The notes beneath the pieces are model-generated. The model saw only the letters and a program-made list of their open reading frames with translations, searched no databases and was not told the origin of the DNA. A DNA stretch of 64,000 bases from NCBI RefSeq assembly GCF_009914755.1, contig NC_060947.1; one strand, written 5' to 3'. A program made the position numbers and the translations under genes. This DNA comes from the human T2T-CHM13v2.0 reference genome, Homo sapiens. The first letter of the stretch is position 1; every line of letters begins with the position of its first letter. Below are positions 61,231-64,000 of the stretch, one piece after another.

Positions 61231-61420
61231 GGGTTTTACAGCAAAGCCAAACAACTTGGTTCTGGCTGTTTGAGCCAGGTGAAGGAAATAGAATCAACTT
61301 TTCTGTACCTTAGTTTTACCTGCCTAGAACAGAGAAGCACTAAAGCTTAAGAATTTAAAGAGGCTTACTGTGACCCCCCTGTCATTATTGTTGCATACAA
61401 AAGAGAGGTAACTTTCTTTC

Positions 61421-61462
61421 AAAAAAAAAAAAAGAAAGAAAGAAAGAAAGAAAGAAAGAAAA
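61421..61462. repeat. A-run plus (GAAA)n
   Basis: Directly visible. Confidence 0.9.
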
Positions 61463-62531
61463 TCCAGTTATTCAGCTGGCTTGGCTTCTGGGCTGTAACA
61501 GTGGCTTGAGGATTAAAAGAAATCTTTCCAGTTGCTTGAAGAAGGGTTATCTGTATGGAGGAACAGCAGCTTCATTCCCAGTGTGGTTTGGACAGCGCAT
61601 TCCAGGTTTTCAAACCTGCCTCAGCTTCCAGCTGACTCCCTTCTCATGCCCCAGGTGGTTAGCAGAGTTAGGCACCATACTTATATTTTTAGTGAAATTG
61701 CCTTTTAATAGTATTTTCCTAACATAAAAGCAACAGATGTTCATGATTCAAGCCCGGAACATTATAGGAATATGACACATAGCAAACAAAAGTCCCCTAG
61801 AAGTCGGTCTCCCAGACATATCCATTGTAAGCATGTTTTTCCTTCTGATTTTTATCTCTGCATATGCTAAACATTTTATATTTTTATTCTAAAAATGGGA
61901 TCATTCAACAATGTTTGTATTTTTTTTTCCTTAATATCTTAGCCATCAGTCCATGTTAGTACATATAAATCAACCTCATTCTTAAGGACCCCTGATTCTT
62001 AGGATTTTAGTCACACAAGGGCACAATCTCCTTCCGCTTCCCTCCAAGATTTTGCTTTCCTATGGAAAGGCTTGGGTTTTGTTTGTTTCTTTGGGCTTCA
62101 AATAGAGCAAATCCATTATATCTGGTATATTTATGTTTGGTTGTTATTTAAAAATTCATACAATTTTAAAGGAATAGAATAGCATATATGATTCCCTCCA
62201 ACCTCTGACCCCTGATCCACTAGTTCTTCTCCCCAGAAACAAACTGCCATTACCAGATTCTTGGAAATCCTGAGAATTACTGCATGCATAAACAAGGCTT
62301 GAATATTCTAAAATGGCTTTTGCTTAGGTAACCAAGTCTATCCATATTGTATGGAGACATCTTGTTTCATTTATTCATTCAGCAAGTACCTGATGAGCAT
62401 CTCATATGTTCCAGGCACTGTGTTAAGTTCTGGACCTACAGTGAGGACCATCACACAGCTCCTGCTCTCCAGAAGCTTATGGTCAGCAGGGAAGATCAAC
62501 ATTTAATGAAAACATAGCTAAATATAAATGA

Positions 62532-62887
<356 letters not shown>

Positions 62888-63869
62888 TACATGCATCATT
62901 TTTTAAAACAGTGATTAATGGAGTCCCCTTTCCCAATTTTTTAATACAAAGGTGTGGATGGGAGATTTGCAGCAAAGATAGGAAAGCAAAGATATAACCC
63001 ACAATCTTTACTCTTGCCAACAGCTCTTACCTTCTTTCCCACCAAAATTTTCCTTTGATAAAATGTCTTGCTGAGAGTTAGGCTAACTCACCAACCAGCT
63101 TTAATTTTGGTTGACAGGGTGCCGTAGAAGACCTTTGCTAGCCAGACTGTGAGCTTCTTGCAGACAGGAATTATGTCCTGCATCACTGTGTGCTCAGAAC
63201 CTCAGGAAGAACAAACTGATGTAGGCACCAGGAAATAGGTGCTTTTATTACATTCTCATTTTATGCCTTAGAAGCACTGCAAATGGTAGGTATTCTTATT
63301 TCTGTTTTAAACAATGAGAAAACTGAGGCTTAAGGAGGTGTAAAAAATACTTTCTTTTAAAAAAAATACACCTCTCCCCCACCATCATAAAAACCCCAAC
63401 TTTGGCCATAGAGTTCATTGGTGGTGGAGCACTGCAAACATTAGCTGTCCCATGTGGCTTTGACTCTGACACAATTGGTCCTCTTGCTTCAGGGAACTGG
63501 ATACCATCCATCCCTCCCATGGGTTGGCCTAGGCTCTGTTACTTCAGAGTTTTCTTGACGAGTTTCAAGGTAACCAGGTCATCCTGTTCTACATATTTTT
63601 CTGGGATTGAGGTCAAGGAGCAGCATGATCCTCTCTTAAATGGGTCAGAGGAGGAGGACTCCTGTGGCTCCCTGAAAGGTCAAGCCCCTTCATGCTAACT
63701 ACACCGTCTTCCCTTCTCTTCCAGCTTATGTCCTGGGCTGGGCTCTGGACAGGGAGCAGAGGCAGATGTGCGCATGTGTTCTGGAGGACTTTTATATGTC
63801 CGATGGTGTGTTAGGCACTATGTGGAGTGGAGGCAGAGGGAACTCCAGAAAAGATAAATTATCTTATGG

Positions 63870-64000
63870 TGGAGACAAAAGGTAGTATTGGCAACAAACA
63901 TGACCTCTGGAATCAGATAGTTTTGGGTTCCAGGCCTGACTCTTTGACTCACTTATTAGTTGTGCGACCTTAGGCAATTTATTTAACCTTTCTGTAGCTC
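63870..64000 (+). mobile_element. MIR (runs off the window)
   Basis: ctctggaatcagat..gggttc..tgtgcgaccttaggcaatttatttaacct. Confidence 0.75.

Overview
Human-like (primate) genomic DNA, recognised from its translation as the 5' part of the X-linked gene TMEM164 on the + strand. A CpG-island promoter (~11.9-13.5 kb) contains a non-coding first exon (donor after 12601) and possibly a second one (donor after 12985). The first coding exon is 13329-13992, with ATG at 13603 and 130 codons. It is followed by >50 kb of intron with no further coding exon that I can recognise. The rest is mostly interspersed repeats: about 20 Alus including an AluYa5, L1PA/L1M fragments, L2/MIR, MER4, MER41 and MLT1 LTRs, and MER1/MER3/MER5/MER58/MER63 DNA transposons. 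Nearly all other ORFs in the track are repeat-derived or GC-rich artefacts. I found no evidence of a new multi-gene system. The best leads are: (1) a MER41B solo LTR with both STAT1 GAS motifs intact ~1.5 kb upstream of the promoter; (2) an out-of-frame upstream ORF overlapping the TMEM164 start, plus a long open in-frame 5' leader; (3) a clean L1 3'-transduction at 40.3-41.2 kb; (4) a poly(T)-led foreign block inside a MER4 LTR; (5) an old local duplication of a MER5 copy and several recent tandem duplications. Repeat family names were assigned by eye from remembered consensus sequences, and boundaries lacking a stated TSD are approximate.
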